A stretch of DNA of 63,239 bases, the filler included, from Basidiobolus ranarum (taxonomy: Eukaryota): NCBI GenBank assembly GCA_040143965.1. It is 3 parts of 3 records of this genome, joined end to end, with 100 filler letters (N's around TTAATTAATTAA, not from the genome) between each part and the next. Parts side by side here need not be neighbours in the genome. Positions count along the whole stretch, not along the records: positions 42,303 to 63,239 come from JASJQH010007092.1; 2 more parts are not named here. One strand, given 5' to 3'. Positions 49,157 to 62,227 of this stretch are shown here, piece after piece. The notes beneath the pieces are model-generated. The model was not told the origin of the DNA and ran no database searches. It saw only the letters and a program-made list of their open reading frames with translations. A program made the translations under genes and the position numbers. How positions within the stretch are numbered: position 1 is the stretch's first letter; every line of letters starts with the position of its first letter.

Positions 49157-50488
49157 GTGTTCCTTCTGAAGAGGAATTTGCTTTTATACACTTGATACTC
49201 TCCTATCAAGACCAACTAAAATTCGACAGAAAAGTCACCTCGCGTTTTCTTAGTGAAAAGAATCGAGGCCTGTTGTGATAGCTTAGCCGTTGGAACAGCT
49301 TTTGATAATACGCCAGCATCAATGGGTGGCCAAAGGTACAGATGATGTAAATAAAAAGAAGGTATTTTAAAAATTAGGGGGTGAAATTCATTTTGGCGAT
49401 GAATGACTAGGGCCAGTGATATCAGTATGGACCTAGGGTTAGGGTTACCCAAGTTCTTATAGTTGTACTGAGTGTACACTGATCTGGAATACTGATCTGG
49501 AATAGATATTAAGTCAGGATGGAGAGATTAGATGAGCAATCCAAACATCAGTCGAAATATAGTCGGGCCGATGAGAACTAGTTGTTGCCAATCTGGTCTT
49601 GATCTTCCCTATTGTGAACCGAATCACATGAAAATTAGGCCATCCTTGAGTGTATCGATAATAGAGCCCGAAGAGTGATGCAGAGGATCAAATTACACGT
49701 GTAGGAAGTGTTTCATGGGCCAACGAAGCCGACAATAGACCCTGAAGCACAATGATCGTTTCTGCGGAGGCGGATTCTACCGAAACAGCCCGTGGATTTT
49801 AAGCCCAACCCCTTACCGCTACAGAAATTTCGTGAACATTTCATTAATGCTGTATCTATTGAGTGCTTAAATGGTTGGCTTGCAATGCGGAAATCTTCAC
49901 GTGAAAGTCAGCCAAGTAGTTACCGTATTTATTAGTTACCGTACTCCGTAAATGTGCTGATTTCAGCTTAGCTTTGGATGGCTTTACAGTAATCCGAACC
50001 GGGGTAATTTAGAAAGATGTTTGGTAATCAATCGATAGCCAACCATTTAGACTTCGGTCAGATTGGTCAATCTACTGTTTACTTCCTATAAGGAAATCTA
50101 TTTTCAGAAAGAAATAGAATAGTCTGGTTTGCCTAAGGATGATTGGTTCCCACGACGTGCTTTCCTCGACTCTATAAATATAAGGTATCTGTTGTCAATT
50201 TTTTTATCTGCCTTTTTATCTGTCCTGTTTGCTCATTTTGTAAGATTACATTGTATTTTTCTACCCTGACCATTCCTGCGAGTAGAAGTTCATCACAAAC
50301 AATCCATCACTGCCAGTGTTGAAGTGTTATTTCTCCTACTGCAACGTGCATATACGCATCAAACTAGCTTGATAATCACTGATTGTCCGAACCTTCCCAT
50401 TGTTTGTCGCTCAACCAAACCATATAATATCTCCAATATTGTGTTTCTCACTTGTCTACTCTAATCCCTTAACCGTTCATTCGTAACT

Positions 50489-52114
50489 ATGCTACCCGAC
50501 TCCCTTTTCATGCGGTCGCTAGTCCGACTTTCAGTAATAGCGTTATCTAGTGTTACGATAGCTTCTTTTATTTACTTTGGGTACTGTTTACATGTAGTTG
50601 GTAATATCAGCCCACCCCTAGAGCTACCATTCCTACCTGGTGTACAAGGTTATGTTGTAGATTTGATACACTGGTGGTTCGCCTTTGAAATATTATTCTA
50701 TATCTGGTTTCTTTCCACGCGCAATAGACTTCAAAAGCCTAGACCACCGGCTAGGTTGCCTAAAGGTGAACGCATCGAATTGTTGAAAAATTGCTTAAAG
50801 CAAGTCGATGATATGAATACGTTTTTGGAGGGTTGGTTTGATGTAGGTCATCATCAAACCAAAGTAGCCGATATCTACAGAGGGAACTTAATATCATGGT
50901 AGGTATTTTTGTGAACCTTGGTACTTACAGAGGAGTTGGGATACTTATCATTTTCTTTGTAAAGGTTGAGCTGGGTTTGCTTTGGCGCTACACATGAAGT
51001 CCTAGCTGAGGATCCCGAGATAGTAGAAGAGCTCAATGAGATGGTAGCCATGGTGGAGACTCGTGGAGGAATTAAGTTCCCTGAAGGGTTCAACCCCGAT
51101 GCCAAATGTATTCGACTGAACATCGATCCGGTCAACGCTATTCATCGTCCCCTGATTTTTTACGCTGTAAGTACAACATAGAAACGACGATCATCACTCC
51201 TGATCATTCAGCTAATAATTGTTATTCAGGTAATTCTTGGCTTGGATTTCGCTGCGAAGCTTTTATTGACTTGTCTTGGATTCCGTAACTACACTAAAGA
51301 CCAAACTAAGAAAGCTAGCTTTTGGTCAGAATCTATGGAATTCGATTTAAAGGAAGAATTTGGGGCCAAAAAATACGCTCTACCTTATTGGTACTACGAC
51401 CCTACAAAGTCTTGGTTCGGTTCAGGCTCTAAACGACGAAGCTCCAAAATGAAGCCTATTGTATTTGTACACGGAATTGGGCCAGGATTAGGGTGCTACC
51501 TAATGTTCATATGGAAGTTGCTTAAATTAGGACAGCCCATATTTCTAGTTGAGCTTCCGTATGTCAGTATGAGATTTGTTGAGGAGTCTCCGTCTATGGA
51601 GGAACTGGGCAAAGAGATTGAGAATATGCTGGAATCTCATGGGTTCAGAAGTGCATGCTTCATTGGACATTCACTTGGCTCAATGGTGGTATCATGGATG
51701 GTAAATAATCATCTCAAACGAGTGAAGAGTGCGTTCTTCATCGATCCAATTTGCTTCCTGCTATTCCATCCCTCAGTAGCGTATAATTTTGTGTATCGAG
51801 TGCCAAAAACGGCCAGGGAATACTTCTTGCATTACTATGCATCCAAAGAATTGTTCATTAGTAATTTTATCAGCAGATACTTTGTCTGGTTCAATTCCAT
51901 TCTCTTGACCGATGGTGCCAATTTACCCAAGAAGATGTTCGTCTACTTGGCGGAGAACGATCTTCTGGTGCCCTCGAGAGATGTAGAAAAGTATTTAATT
52001 GGCACAAATGTACATTGCAGAGTGTTCACCGGCTTAGATCATGCTTCGTTTTTGTTCAATCCCAAGGAAGAGAATGAAATTCTAGAGAATGTCAAGCGAT
52101 GCGTAACTGCTTGA
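50489..52114 (+). CDS. Membrane-anchored alpha/beta-hydrolase fold protein; 3 exons
   Basis: N-terminal TM segments, RLNIDPVNAIHRPL, PIVFVHGIG, nucleophile elbow GHSLGS, IDPICF, ENDLLVP and LDHA. Confidence 0.88.
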
Positions 52115-52472
52115 TCTCAACACCTTATATCGCCCGACTACATATCAATCCATATTATCCCTAATAATATTTACTTACCTTTAATGCCGATTTTAATGTA
52201 GAGATTTCATATATATATAGAAATAAACGACCCTGATTATAATTCAATTCATCCAAAATAGCCACCTCGGATAATCGGTAGTAACTGAATTCCCTATTCT
52301 TGGTGGATCTCCGACTTCCACTTGATTTGTTAACGTAAATGCTGAATTTCATTGGTGAAATGAACAGAAATCAATATCTCGAGAAATACTGGTTGAAGAT
52401 GTATTATTATGATTAAATAGATGAAACTAGTATATGTAGATGCGGTAGATAGGTTTAATTACATCATTAAGA

Positions 52473-53492
52473 CTACTCTAGTTTAATTCCGTTACTTTGA
52501 AGGGAGATTTTTACTCCTTCTTCAAAGGTGTAGATAGGCTCGTAACCAAGCAAGGTTCTAGCCTTGGTTATATCGTAGAATCGATGAATACATGTGAAAT
52601 TGACACGGAATCGATCCAAGATCATATTGACCTTTACAAAAGGCTTAAGGGCTAAAGTAACAGCCTCACAGAACAAACCTACTGACCAACCCAAGCTTTT
52701 TGGCAACATGATACATTTATCGGTAGGCTCTCCCATCAAGGAGGCAATATAGAATGGGAAGGTCCAGAAAGGAATTGGGTTTCCATCGGTGATGGTAAAG
52801 GCTTGTCCAGCTACAGGACTATCTTTCTCCAACTTGTCAGCGGCAAGGATAAGTGAATGGGATATGTTGCCAACGTAAGTGTAGTCAGCGATGTTGGAGT
52901 TATCTCCAATAATAACCTTGACCTTCTTTCTAGCGTATGCAATATAAGAAGGAATCATAAGTTTATCACCTGGACCGTAGACACCTGAAGGTCTAATGGC
53001 GACAGTTAAAAGTCCATCTTGACCGTTACTAGCCAAAATCATCTTTTCAGCCTTTGCTTTAGTCACCATATATGGGTCAAAGGCAGCTTCAACGGAAGGA
53101 ACCGTCTCATCGGCGTTTACTATTTCACCGCCATCGAAAATAACACTAGCAGTACTGGTATAGATGAGTTTCTCGATTTTTAGTTTTTTACACACCTTGA
53201 GTACGTTTGCAGTACCATGAACGTTCACTTTTTCCGAAAGCTCAACTGAACCACCGATGGGAGGTGTAGCAGTATGGAATACGACCGAGCAGCCCTCACA
53301 GGCTTTGGTCACGTCATCTTCTTTACACAAGTCACCAATAAAGTATTCAACATCCTTGCGGTCGGTATTTTTAACGATATCAAAGACCTTAACTGTCCAT
53401 TGGCGCTCAATCAACAAGTTGACCAAGTCTTTCCCGACGAAACCCTCACCGCCGATGACCAAACATACTTTCTTATTGACACTTTCAGACAT
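52473..53492 (-). CDS. ERG26: 3-beta-hydroxysteroid dehydrogenase / sterol-4-alpha-carboxylate 3-dehydrogenase-like SDR
   Basis: GGEGFVG, VFHTA, VNVHGT, YTSTASV, catalytic YMVTK, RPSGVYGPGD, GQAFTITD and KARTLLGYEP. Intronless; could be a paralog of ERG26 rather than the ortholog. Confidence 0.75.
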   Translation of the reverse strand: MSESVNKKVCLVIGGEGFVGKDLVNLLIERQWTVKVFDIVKNTDRKDVEYFIGDLCKEDDVTKACEGCSVVFHTATPPIGGSVELSEKVNVHGTANVLKVCKKLKIEKLIYTSTASVIFDGGEIVNADETVPSVEAAFDPYMVTKAKAEKMILASNGQDGLLTVAIRPSGVYGPGDKLMIPSYIAYARKKVKVIIGDNSNIADYTYVGNISHSLILAADKLEKDSPVAGQAFTITDGNPIPFWTFPFYIASLMGEPTDKCIMLPKSLGWSVGLFCEAVTLALKPFVKVNMILDRFRVNFTCIHRFYDITKARTLLGYEPIYTFEEGVKISLQSNGIKLE

Positions 53493-54158
53493 AACAGAAC
53501 GAGTGGAAATACTAGAGGAAAAGTTTTGTAATTTGGAATAAAAGAAGAGGGAAGAAACAGGTTAGTTCTGGAATGATATCCAAACGATGCTCTAAATGGT
53601 TGAGGCAAGCCCCAGTAATGTGTCGAATCAATGAAGTGGGTTGAATATATATGCATGTTGGGTTGATTCAGATAAATTAAGACTACATGCTATTCGTGAT
53701 AGCACAGATGTTCAAATTGGGTGTACCAATGGTCAAATTTCTCTTAAAACAAGATAAGAAATTAGCAATGGTTTAGGCACCAAATTGCTCATAATAATTT
53801 GTTCAACCATGCTACATATCGTGATATTGGGTGGAAATCGAGACACTTTTATAGAGACACTTTTACTTGGCTATATATTTTCACGGTCCAGAGAAGTAGG
53901 GTGAAAGGAAGTGAGGGGAGGGGAGGGGAGGCAAAAGGACAATAAAAGAAATACAGTTGAAACAAAAACTAAAGGCGTAGAGATGTGGTGGTATGACTGA
54001 CTTCGTAGCATGAAGAGTTGATCAAGTGTTGACTCCATGAATAACAATAGCTTTTGGTTGAGCTCTCTGAAATTAGTACTGACTACTGGTTGTTTGGTGG
54101 ATTTATTATGGAACCATTCGAAGGTCAACAACTCTAAGAAAATCTTTCCCCAAAGCGT

Positions 54159-55277
54159 TTACATTCTAACGCTGAAAGATGGCTGACGTCCTCCCTTCTT
54201 ACCACCGCCATTGTTGGATTTACCTGGTAAGCGATCGGAATACAACTTGCCAGAGCTATTCGATCAGATATGGTTTAGACATTAGGTGAGTGAAATTTAC
54301 GATGGTTCCCAGATGTAGCCTTACCCTGATGATCCCGGCTCTTGCTTCTGCTTAGAAAGACGGTAGTTGGCAGCACCCTTTGAAGCTGTATCCTTCAAGA
54401 TAATACTCAGTGTACGACCTATATGGATGAAGTACTTAGCATTTACTAAAGTCAACAATGCTTCTTTATCAAACGTACCATCAGCAACAACGTTGTTAAG
54501 CTTGTTGATTGCTTTGTGTGCGGATGCTTTAAGATTATATATAATCTCAGCATTTCCAGTTGGCCGAGTATTTTGATCATACAACAGAGTGCATTTTCTA
54601 ATTTCACCGAATTGAGAGAAGATAGCCTATATGGACACGTAAAGTGTCAAATTGGTGTTTAGTAAATGCGACAAAGTAGACGACAGCTTTACTGTGGGAA
54701 ATTATCTTACTTGAATATCTTGTGCAGAAGCTCCTCTGTCCAAGTTGCTAATGAGTATGGTAGCAGGACCCGCCTCGCCTCTAATGGAGATTTGCTGAGG
54801 TGTGTTGGTAATTCCCTTAATCTTGATCGATTTGTCTTCCTTTCCACTCTTTCCACCCAGTTGCACCGAGCGAACAGCGGCGCTAGTAGCGAGAGCAACG
54901 CTTCGGTTGACGTTTGAGTTGCGGCTTACTACGGTCTTATTTTTAGTATCAGGGTTAGCTTTGGTGAAAAGATCGTGTTTCCAGGGCACGTTTGTATCGC
55001 TTCTAGATTTCTTCTGGAGGAGAAAATACGTGAAATAGGGAAAGTGTCAGTCTTTTGCTTTTGTTTTCTTCCAATTAGTTCGAATAAAACTCTGTCTCTT
55101 TACCGTGTAAGGTTTGGTAGATGCTTTGGTAGCCTGTCTGCCAACTTGGTGGCTTCTGATTGCGCCACCACCTCTACTACTTTTTGGGTTGTTTGACCTG
55201 TTGTTAGGATTATTTGGTTTCTTGGGACCTTTGTCTTGTTTAATAATGTCATCTAAACTCATGTCGATTCTGTCCAT
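54159..55277 (-). CDS. RRM protein of ALYREF/Yra1-POLDIP3 type; multi-exon
   Basis: N-terminal MDRIDMSLDDIIK (UAP56-binding-like motif), WKHDLF, and an RRM (ILISNLD...FSQFGEI...TGNAEIIY...AINKLNNVVADGRTL). C-terminus SGKLYSDRL...FSVRM*. Confidence 0.8.
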
Positions 55278-55771
55278 CTTGACGCGTATCTCTCCCAAAG
55301 GTAAAAGTGGGAGGTGAAGTAGTGGTTTTTAGTCAAAGTTAATTCCTAGGGAATACCAACCATATGGGCCAATATGATCTTTTTCAAAAAGAAAATAATC
55401 CATTAAATTGTTCTGGTAATTTCCTATAGATAATATCCCATAAGAAGATCTATGATATTTGATTGACCAAAATTCTGGGTAAAATCTCTCTTATTGGTTT
55501 GAAATAGCTACTTTTCAATAAATTCAAGTGTTTTAATGGTGGTTTCTGAGACCCTCGATTGCTCAATGCACCGGACAAGATGTGCGAGATGTTGAAAGGC
55601 AAACAGTGAAAGAAAGATCCTGAAAAAGTACACGCGCTATATCAATTATGGATTTATTCTTCTTTTTTATGTAAAAACCTTCATTTGATGTGTGCAGCGA
55701 ACGAAATAGTTTAGGTTAGGGAAGGGAAGAGAAGAGAAGGAAAGGGAATATTTTCAACGTCAAAGTTGCCC

Positions 55772-57764
55772 TTAATTTCCATTCATTTCAACTTCGAGTG
55801 GAGTGGAGGCGCCAGAAGTAGGAGCCGAATTATTTTGACTAGTGTATTGGGCAAGTTGAGTTTCTAGCTGACGAATTTTGATATCCTTTTGAGCAATTTG
55901 ATTCTTGAAGTTTTCGTTCTCTTGACGGAGCTTGTGATAAGCGTCTTGGTACTGAATTGCAAGTAGAATAGAGGCATTAGTTTTCATTAGGTTAACAATT
56001 GCTCATTGACTTGGATATACCTCTTTCTCATTGGTGGGATGGATAACTTCTTCGGGTGCTTGTTGAGGAGCTGAAGAGACAAATGCCTTCTTCGACTTCG
56101 CCACGAAACCAGTCTCGAGACTGACAAGCTTGGGGCTAGCACTTTTACCTTCAAAGAACTCATCTGCAGTCAAAGCAGGCTCATCACTACGTGTTGGTGG
56201 GAAAACGTCCTCTTGGAATCCTTCAGCCTATTGTGTATTGATAAGTGAACGCCATGTCTTTAGTACATTGATAGACAGTCATGCAATTCTCTAAGCAAAA
56301 TACCTTTCTAGGCACAACAAATGAGACTGGCTCAATCGAATCACGGCACACTTTGTAAGCACGGGCGACTTCACAATCGCTAACATTTAACGCACGCTTG
56401 GGCATGTAAGCAATACCACGTTGTGGATCAGTTGATTTGAATTCTGCGAGGTATTTGAGGCTATCGTTCGCAAACTCATAATAGCGAATGTTACCGTCAC
56501 TGTAATATTTTCCAATAAACAAAACTGGTTAGAAGATGATGGCATGATGTTACCACAACAAACGTTAGTTTACCCCTGATAGGTGGAAGGGGTTAGTTGG
56601 CATCCATATGGGTTTCTTTGCAAAGTATACACATACCTTGCCTGCGAGATACAGCATATGAGTGTCAGCATCGTAGTATGGCATAAGCACACCAGAGGAA
56701 AAGTCAATAGACTCTTGGTTGAGTGGAGCGTTGAGGTTGTTGGAGTCCCAAATGAAAATCTGACGATCACTGGTCCTCGAGAAACCAGTGGTGGCTATTC
56801 TATCTTCATCACCGAGCCATACTACGCGAGAGCCCTTAATACCTTGGTGACCGTTGCCTTCCTATAAAAACACTCAATACATGTCTCATTGGGCGCAATA
56901 CTAATTTGGTATTACCTGGACAATTTGATTCGCTCTGACGTCGAAGACACGGATTTTCTTATCTTTGCAGCTGGTAACAAGGAGATTTCCGTTCCAGTTC
57001 CAGTCCATAGATTGAATGGCTTCCATATGACCAGTAAGTTGCTGCTTTTCAATTCCTTTTTCAATGTCCCAAAGTCTAATGGTCAAATCAGCACTAGAAC
57101 TGGCCAATACATTGTCTGCAGTAGGATGGAAGAGAACTTGACCAACTTTTCTGTTAATTTACAAGAAATCTCGTTAAAGGGCCTACTTCATATAAGACAG
57201 CTATTATTATCGAGCTATACCTTCCGTGGCCATTGAGAGTAAGTGCGGGAACAGTAACGTTATCTTCAAGAGGTTCCTCAGCAATATTCCAAATCATAAC
57301 TTTACAATCTTCACCAGCAGAGGCGATGACATAGTCATTAAAGTTGGAAAAGTCTGTATCGAGAACTGGACCAGCGTGACCACAATAGAGGAATGGGTTG
57401 GAGCTCATTTTACCTAATATTACAAAAGCAATTAGCTTTACCAAGCAAGGTGATTTTTTGTACGTTTCATAACAACTTACCAATAGACTCCAAAGGGATG
57501 ATGGCGAAAGCACCACCACCACCAGCATTCCAGTTGACGGAAAGGAAGCGCTACGAGAAGTATGTGGTTATTTTATTTGTTCGAAAATAATATGGTCTTA
57601 AAGTAATAATATTGTGAGAAACAAGATATACTTACAGGATTAACCTTGACAATATTGGTATCCCAAGCACTTGTAGAGATTCTCAAGTTATCGTAACAAT
57701 CATCGCGCTTCGCGGAAGATCCGTAAACGTGACGGAATTTCGAGGCTCGGATGAAGCGAGACAT
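55772..57764 (-). CDS. CRN1: Coronin (actin-binding WD40 protein); multi-exon, including a 2-nt microexon at 56574-56575
   Basis: MSRFIRASKFRHVYG, GGGGAF, GHAGPVLD, LVTSCKDKKIRVFD, TTGFSR, LYLAGKGDGNIRYYE, PQRG, EPVSFVVPRK, FQEDVFPPT and a C-terminal coiled coil. Confidence 0.96.
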
Positions 57765-58251
57765 GGTACTAACACAAGTGCTATTGAAATCAAGACAGGT
57801 TAGTCAAGGTCAAAAGGATTAGAGTACCTGTGAACTTCACCTGTAGAGGTAGGTAGTGAAGTGTTAAGAGTGAGAGAGGACAAGTTGAGTAAGACTTTCC
57901 GAGAATCTTAAAGCAAATATTTGTGAACCGAACCTCCGAGTTCGCCGTACAATAAAATAAATTGACGTGTTTCTACTGGAATCGTGAGTACCAACTTGTG
58001 GGTTTAATTTTATCAAGGAAGAATATTAATTGATCCAATTTAGATTCATTAATAAATGTACCACAAAAAACCAAATATTGACATTTTAATCACAATATGC
58101 ATTTATGTAAAATCCTATGTAAAGTTCTTCAGATTGATCAAGTGTGTCACTAATAAACAAGAGCGCTTAGGGCTAGCTAAACAAAACAACTCTTTGGTCA
58201 ACAGCATAATTTACAAGGGTTTGAGGAGAGGGCAATGAAGAGTTAAATATG

Positions 58252-59122
58252 CTATTCTTCAAGCCCAAAGAACTCCAGAGAGTTCTTGAAGGTGATCTCG
58301 GCTACCTCCGTGTTTTCACAGCCCCAGATCTCACCCAGAGCAATACAAATATCTTCCATTACTTGGTCTACCATCTCTAGTGTATTTGCGTCTGACTCTA
58401 TAAGTATCCTATTCTTAGGAATCATCAAGATATTGTCGGTGAGTTTCTTGGTCCTTAAGTTGACAAGTTTCGAAAAACTGAAATAGAACCGGGACCCCAC
58501 TTTCTTGGGCAATTTGAGAACAGCCTTAATTATTTCATGTGAACCAGAGTAAGAATGAAGCATAATCTTGGGTGGAAATTGGTCTGGTTTTAGTTGACGA
58601 AGATATTCAAGTAAATAACCGTGAGCTTGTACGCAGTGAACTGATACCACACGGTTTAAGCTGGCTGCTAAAGAAAACTGATATTTGAATATTTCCAGCT
58701 GTGTTGGAAGATCGTAACGTTCTTTGCTTACTGGATTCGTGGCAATTTTATCGAGACCTGAAGACAGTAACAAAATACTGAGTTTCAACAAAAATATTCG
58801 AACAATTGGCTAAGAAAGTAAAAGGAATACCGATCTCTCCAAGTACCGCTTTCTCATGCTTTTCAAGATACTCTTTCAATGTATCTTTCCATTGGTCGTT
58901 TTCTGCCACTTCGTGCGCATACCAAGGATGAACACCAAAGCCTGGAATGACTCTGTTGGGATTCTTCATTGCTGCTTCGTGAACCAGCTCCCAATCAGAA
59001 GGTCTCGTGCCCATTGGACAGTTCCATTTGGTTTTCATATTAAATACTTCGAGGTGCTCGGGATGGTCATGTATATGAGAATGTACATCGAAAAACTGGT
59101 TGAAAATATCGGGAGTAGACAT
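58252..59122 (-). CDS. TatD-related metallo-hydrolase (Scn1/YMR262W-like); 2 exons
   Basis: DVHSH, GFGVHPW, GEIG|LDK (intron 58830-58758), SVHCVQAHG, LHSYSGS and ILIESD. Confidence 0.9.
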
Positions 59123-59362
59123 GCTTTCTAGAAAAGGTATGGACAGTGAAGAACACACGATGCTACGAAATAATGTATTTAGGTGAACTAAATTCATCAG
59201 TTAGGTCAATCAATTATGATTAACTAGTGTTTATTTGGGAACAATGATCAATTGAAATGAAACGATGAAGTGATCATAATTAACCAAATTAGTCACTGCT
59301 GAGAAAACGGTGTGTGAACGAGAAATGTACAGAGGAAATGAGTATAGTATTCAGTGGGCTAT

Positions 59363-59699
59363 TTAGTGTTGATGAATGCTCGCAAATAGTTCAGCGTCAA
59401 CCGTGCTTATCTTACTATCTGCAGATGCCCGCCTTTTGGTCGGATAGTTGTCAAACTCTTCCCATGCGTTTGCATCAATATCTGTATCTCCGATGACTTC
59501 AAACTCATCAGTCGAACGACCCCAGTTGAAAACGCCAGCGCCTTCTTTCTTGGGGAGTCCTCGAGGGTCCTGGTGTCCGGTTCTAAGGGGAATGAGTATC
59601 AATGAATTTGAGAAGTACCAATATTCATGGTACATACCTGTTGAAGTGGCGCTCTCCTTGGAGAGCGGCGGCCGAGCTGTGGTGTCTGGAACGGGTCAT
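59363..59699 (-). CDS. STF2/TMA10-like small protein (HABP4/PAI-RBP1 motif); 2 exons
   Basis: MTRSRHHS...RHFNR|TGHQDPRGLPKKEGAGVFNWG; intron 59637-59583. Confidence 0.75.
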
Positions 59700-60679
59700 G
59701 ACAGAAGAGAGTAGGATTGAAATAGAACTAGTATGCGATGGTCTGAGGAAGTTGAGAAGAAAAACACAGCTTTTATAACACTCCCTCACCACAGTAGCTT
59801 CGAAGACCGAAGAAAGTAGAAGGTATCAACATGGAACAGCTGATCTCAAATTGAACCAATCGCCATGGAAAGATTCATGGAAACTTGTCCAGGTCTCGGA
59901 TATACCACTAAGTGGCAACTTCACCATTTCTAGATCTGTCAATCTTCTACTCACTAGGGTGAATTTTGAGGATTTATTATGTGTGTTCATATTAATTAGT
60001 GTGACGTGCTTTTCCCGAATGAAACTGAGCATACCTAGAGCAACGTACCAAGAGAAATGAGGGAAGTTTCACAATACTTCACAGTATATGTATATATGGA
60101 TGGAATAGAAATCCTTTCAAACAAGAATATCTCGCAGAAACGAAACAGTGAGAGTCTGGCGAAGCTGCTAACCCCGAGTCACTACGTGGCTTCTTTAGAC
60201 AAGAAAATCAGAGACGTGTTAATCGGCTTCAGCTTCACACAACACAGAATGCTCGATTTCAAATCCATTACGCAGTTTGCGTATGCTACTGGATTTAATT
60301 TCTAAATAGAGGGAATGTGGCTACTTGCTCTAAACTCAAATCCGTGCCCATTATTGGCCTGGATTTAGTTTGGCCTTGCTTTGTGGCTTCACTACTGAAG
60401 ATCAATTGGTAAATCTACGCTAAATATTAGCTTTGCCCAAGTTGTACAACATTCGATTAATCGATCCTCAGGATCCCGAATTCTCTTTTAGATTAATCAA
60501 GCCTTATGTCGAATCAACTAATATATCCATTATTTGGCATCTTTCAGACAGTCTATTGATAGACCGTAAAGACTACTACTTTTTAATATTACCTTTTCTC
60601 TTATTAACACAGTTTATTTCGTGTCTTATACTTTCACCTTTTTAGTTAGTAGTTTCTTATATGTATACGTATTAGTCTA

Positions 60680-62034
60680 ATGTCAAGCAGATTATGTGTC
60701 AATGTTCAGGAGTTCATTGATATTTCGTGTCATGTCAATGGTAGGTATTATTCATATGATAACACCTGTATTTGCCATACTTACTCTTTTCCGGGCTAGT
60801 ATTGCTCCACAAAACCTCCGACGAAATGATTCGTAAACGTTCAATTGAACATATTTCCAAATCTCGTAGTGGGGAAGGCTGTGATTCAGATACACTTATA
60901 AATGCCGATATAAGTAATCTATCCTACTGTCTTCAAGGTAACGTCCGTATTGTAAGCAAAGATAACAATATCCTTTTCTTACAAGTTATTTGGGATTTAG
61001 TCTTAGAGCTACGAAAGCAAGTGTGTGAAGATATCAAAACCTTGAAACAAATGTATTCCAAATTAGATGGCCAAGAATATACTGCACAATATGCAGCTGA
61101 AGTGGAGATAACAATTCAAGGGTTAGAGCTAACTTTGAACAAGGCTATTGAAGGTAGCGTTTATTATTAATCCAACGTATATGATATAGACCTGATTTTT
61201 AATGAACTATCCTTCACTCTCTCCTTTTACATGCAGTCATTAAAAGCCAAATAGCCAACCTTTCCTCCAGCATCACCGACTGTCTAGCTGACTGTGATTT
61301 TTTTCAAAAATCCAATACCTCTAGCGAAACAGAGGAAGATTTTCCAGACCCACTGACTACAGATATCTCACCTATACACAAAACGAACATAGCGCTAGGC
61401 CATAAACTACGAGAATTACTGTCAGCTTCCCAATGTAGAGGAAGCGATGACGAAAGAAATCTATCATTTTACCAAGCAGAGGGTGAGGACAACCACTCCA
61501 ACTTATCGATAACCTCCTATAACAATCAACGATTAGACGACAACGCAGTAAATCTACTCATCTCATTGATCACCAGCACCAGAATATCTTACTCATCTAT
61601 GTATCTTGACAATTTAGAGCGAATGTTCAGCCTCAGGTCTATCTCCAACTGAGTCCAACTTTGAATATGAGGACTATCATCAATCTGAAGTGTTTGCTGA
61701 AGATGTGGTTGTCACCAATCCAGTGAAGATAGGAAAGGGAGTTGGGTCCTATACTGTGTACACATGTACAATCAAAACTCCGCAAGGCACTAGCATTACA
61801 GTTCAAAAGAGGTATTCCGAGTTTGTGTTGTTACGAAGGCTGGTGATGAAATACTTCAAGCCATTTAAGAAAGGAATCCCAGCGTTGCCGGAGAAGAAGA
61901 GAGTAGGGAGGTTCAAGCCAGATTTTATCGAAGGACGCAGAAAGGGGCTAGAGTACTTCATGGCTTACATTTTACTCCATCCCATCATTGGGGGAAGTAC
62001 TATTGTTCGCAAATGGTTCATGGGTCAGATTTGA
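60680..62034 (+). CDS. PX-domain protein, Ypt35-like C-terminal PX; multi-exon, 5' structure uncertain
   Basis: C-terminal PX reads GSYTVYTCTIKT...VQKRYSEFVLLR...IPALPEK...FIEGRRKGLEYFMAYILLHP. Upstream helical and acidic exons are linked by GT-AG introns. Confidence 0.7.
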
Positions 62035-62227
62035 GAGATCACAATTAAAGTTACTGCTTTGATCATTCATGCTACAGATTCCATTTTTAATTTTGTAATT
62101 CATTATTAGTCATTGTATTCATCATCACCCTGGGAGACGGGCAGTAGAATAATAAGATGGCATAGTATATTTATGTGGTGAAGTAAATGAATTTTTATTA
62201 ATAAAAACCATAATTGTGGTCCAATAT

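Noticed and set aside
49478-49503. 13-bp tandem duplication ACTGATCTGGAAT x2, superficially like part of a TPP riboswitch
   Set aside because: The other TPP aptamer elements are absent and no thiamine gene is adjacent; a simple local duplication explains it.
60968-60977. ATATCCTTTT resembling a U12 (minor) intron donor
   Set aside because: It lies in the pyrimidine tract of an ordinary short GT-AG intron; no matching U12 branch site or AC acceptor is needed to build the frame.
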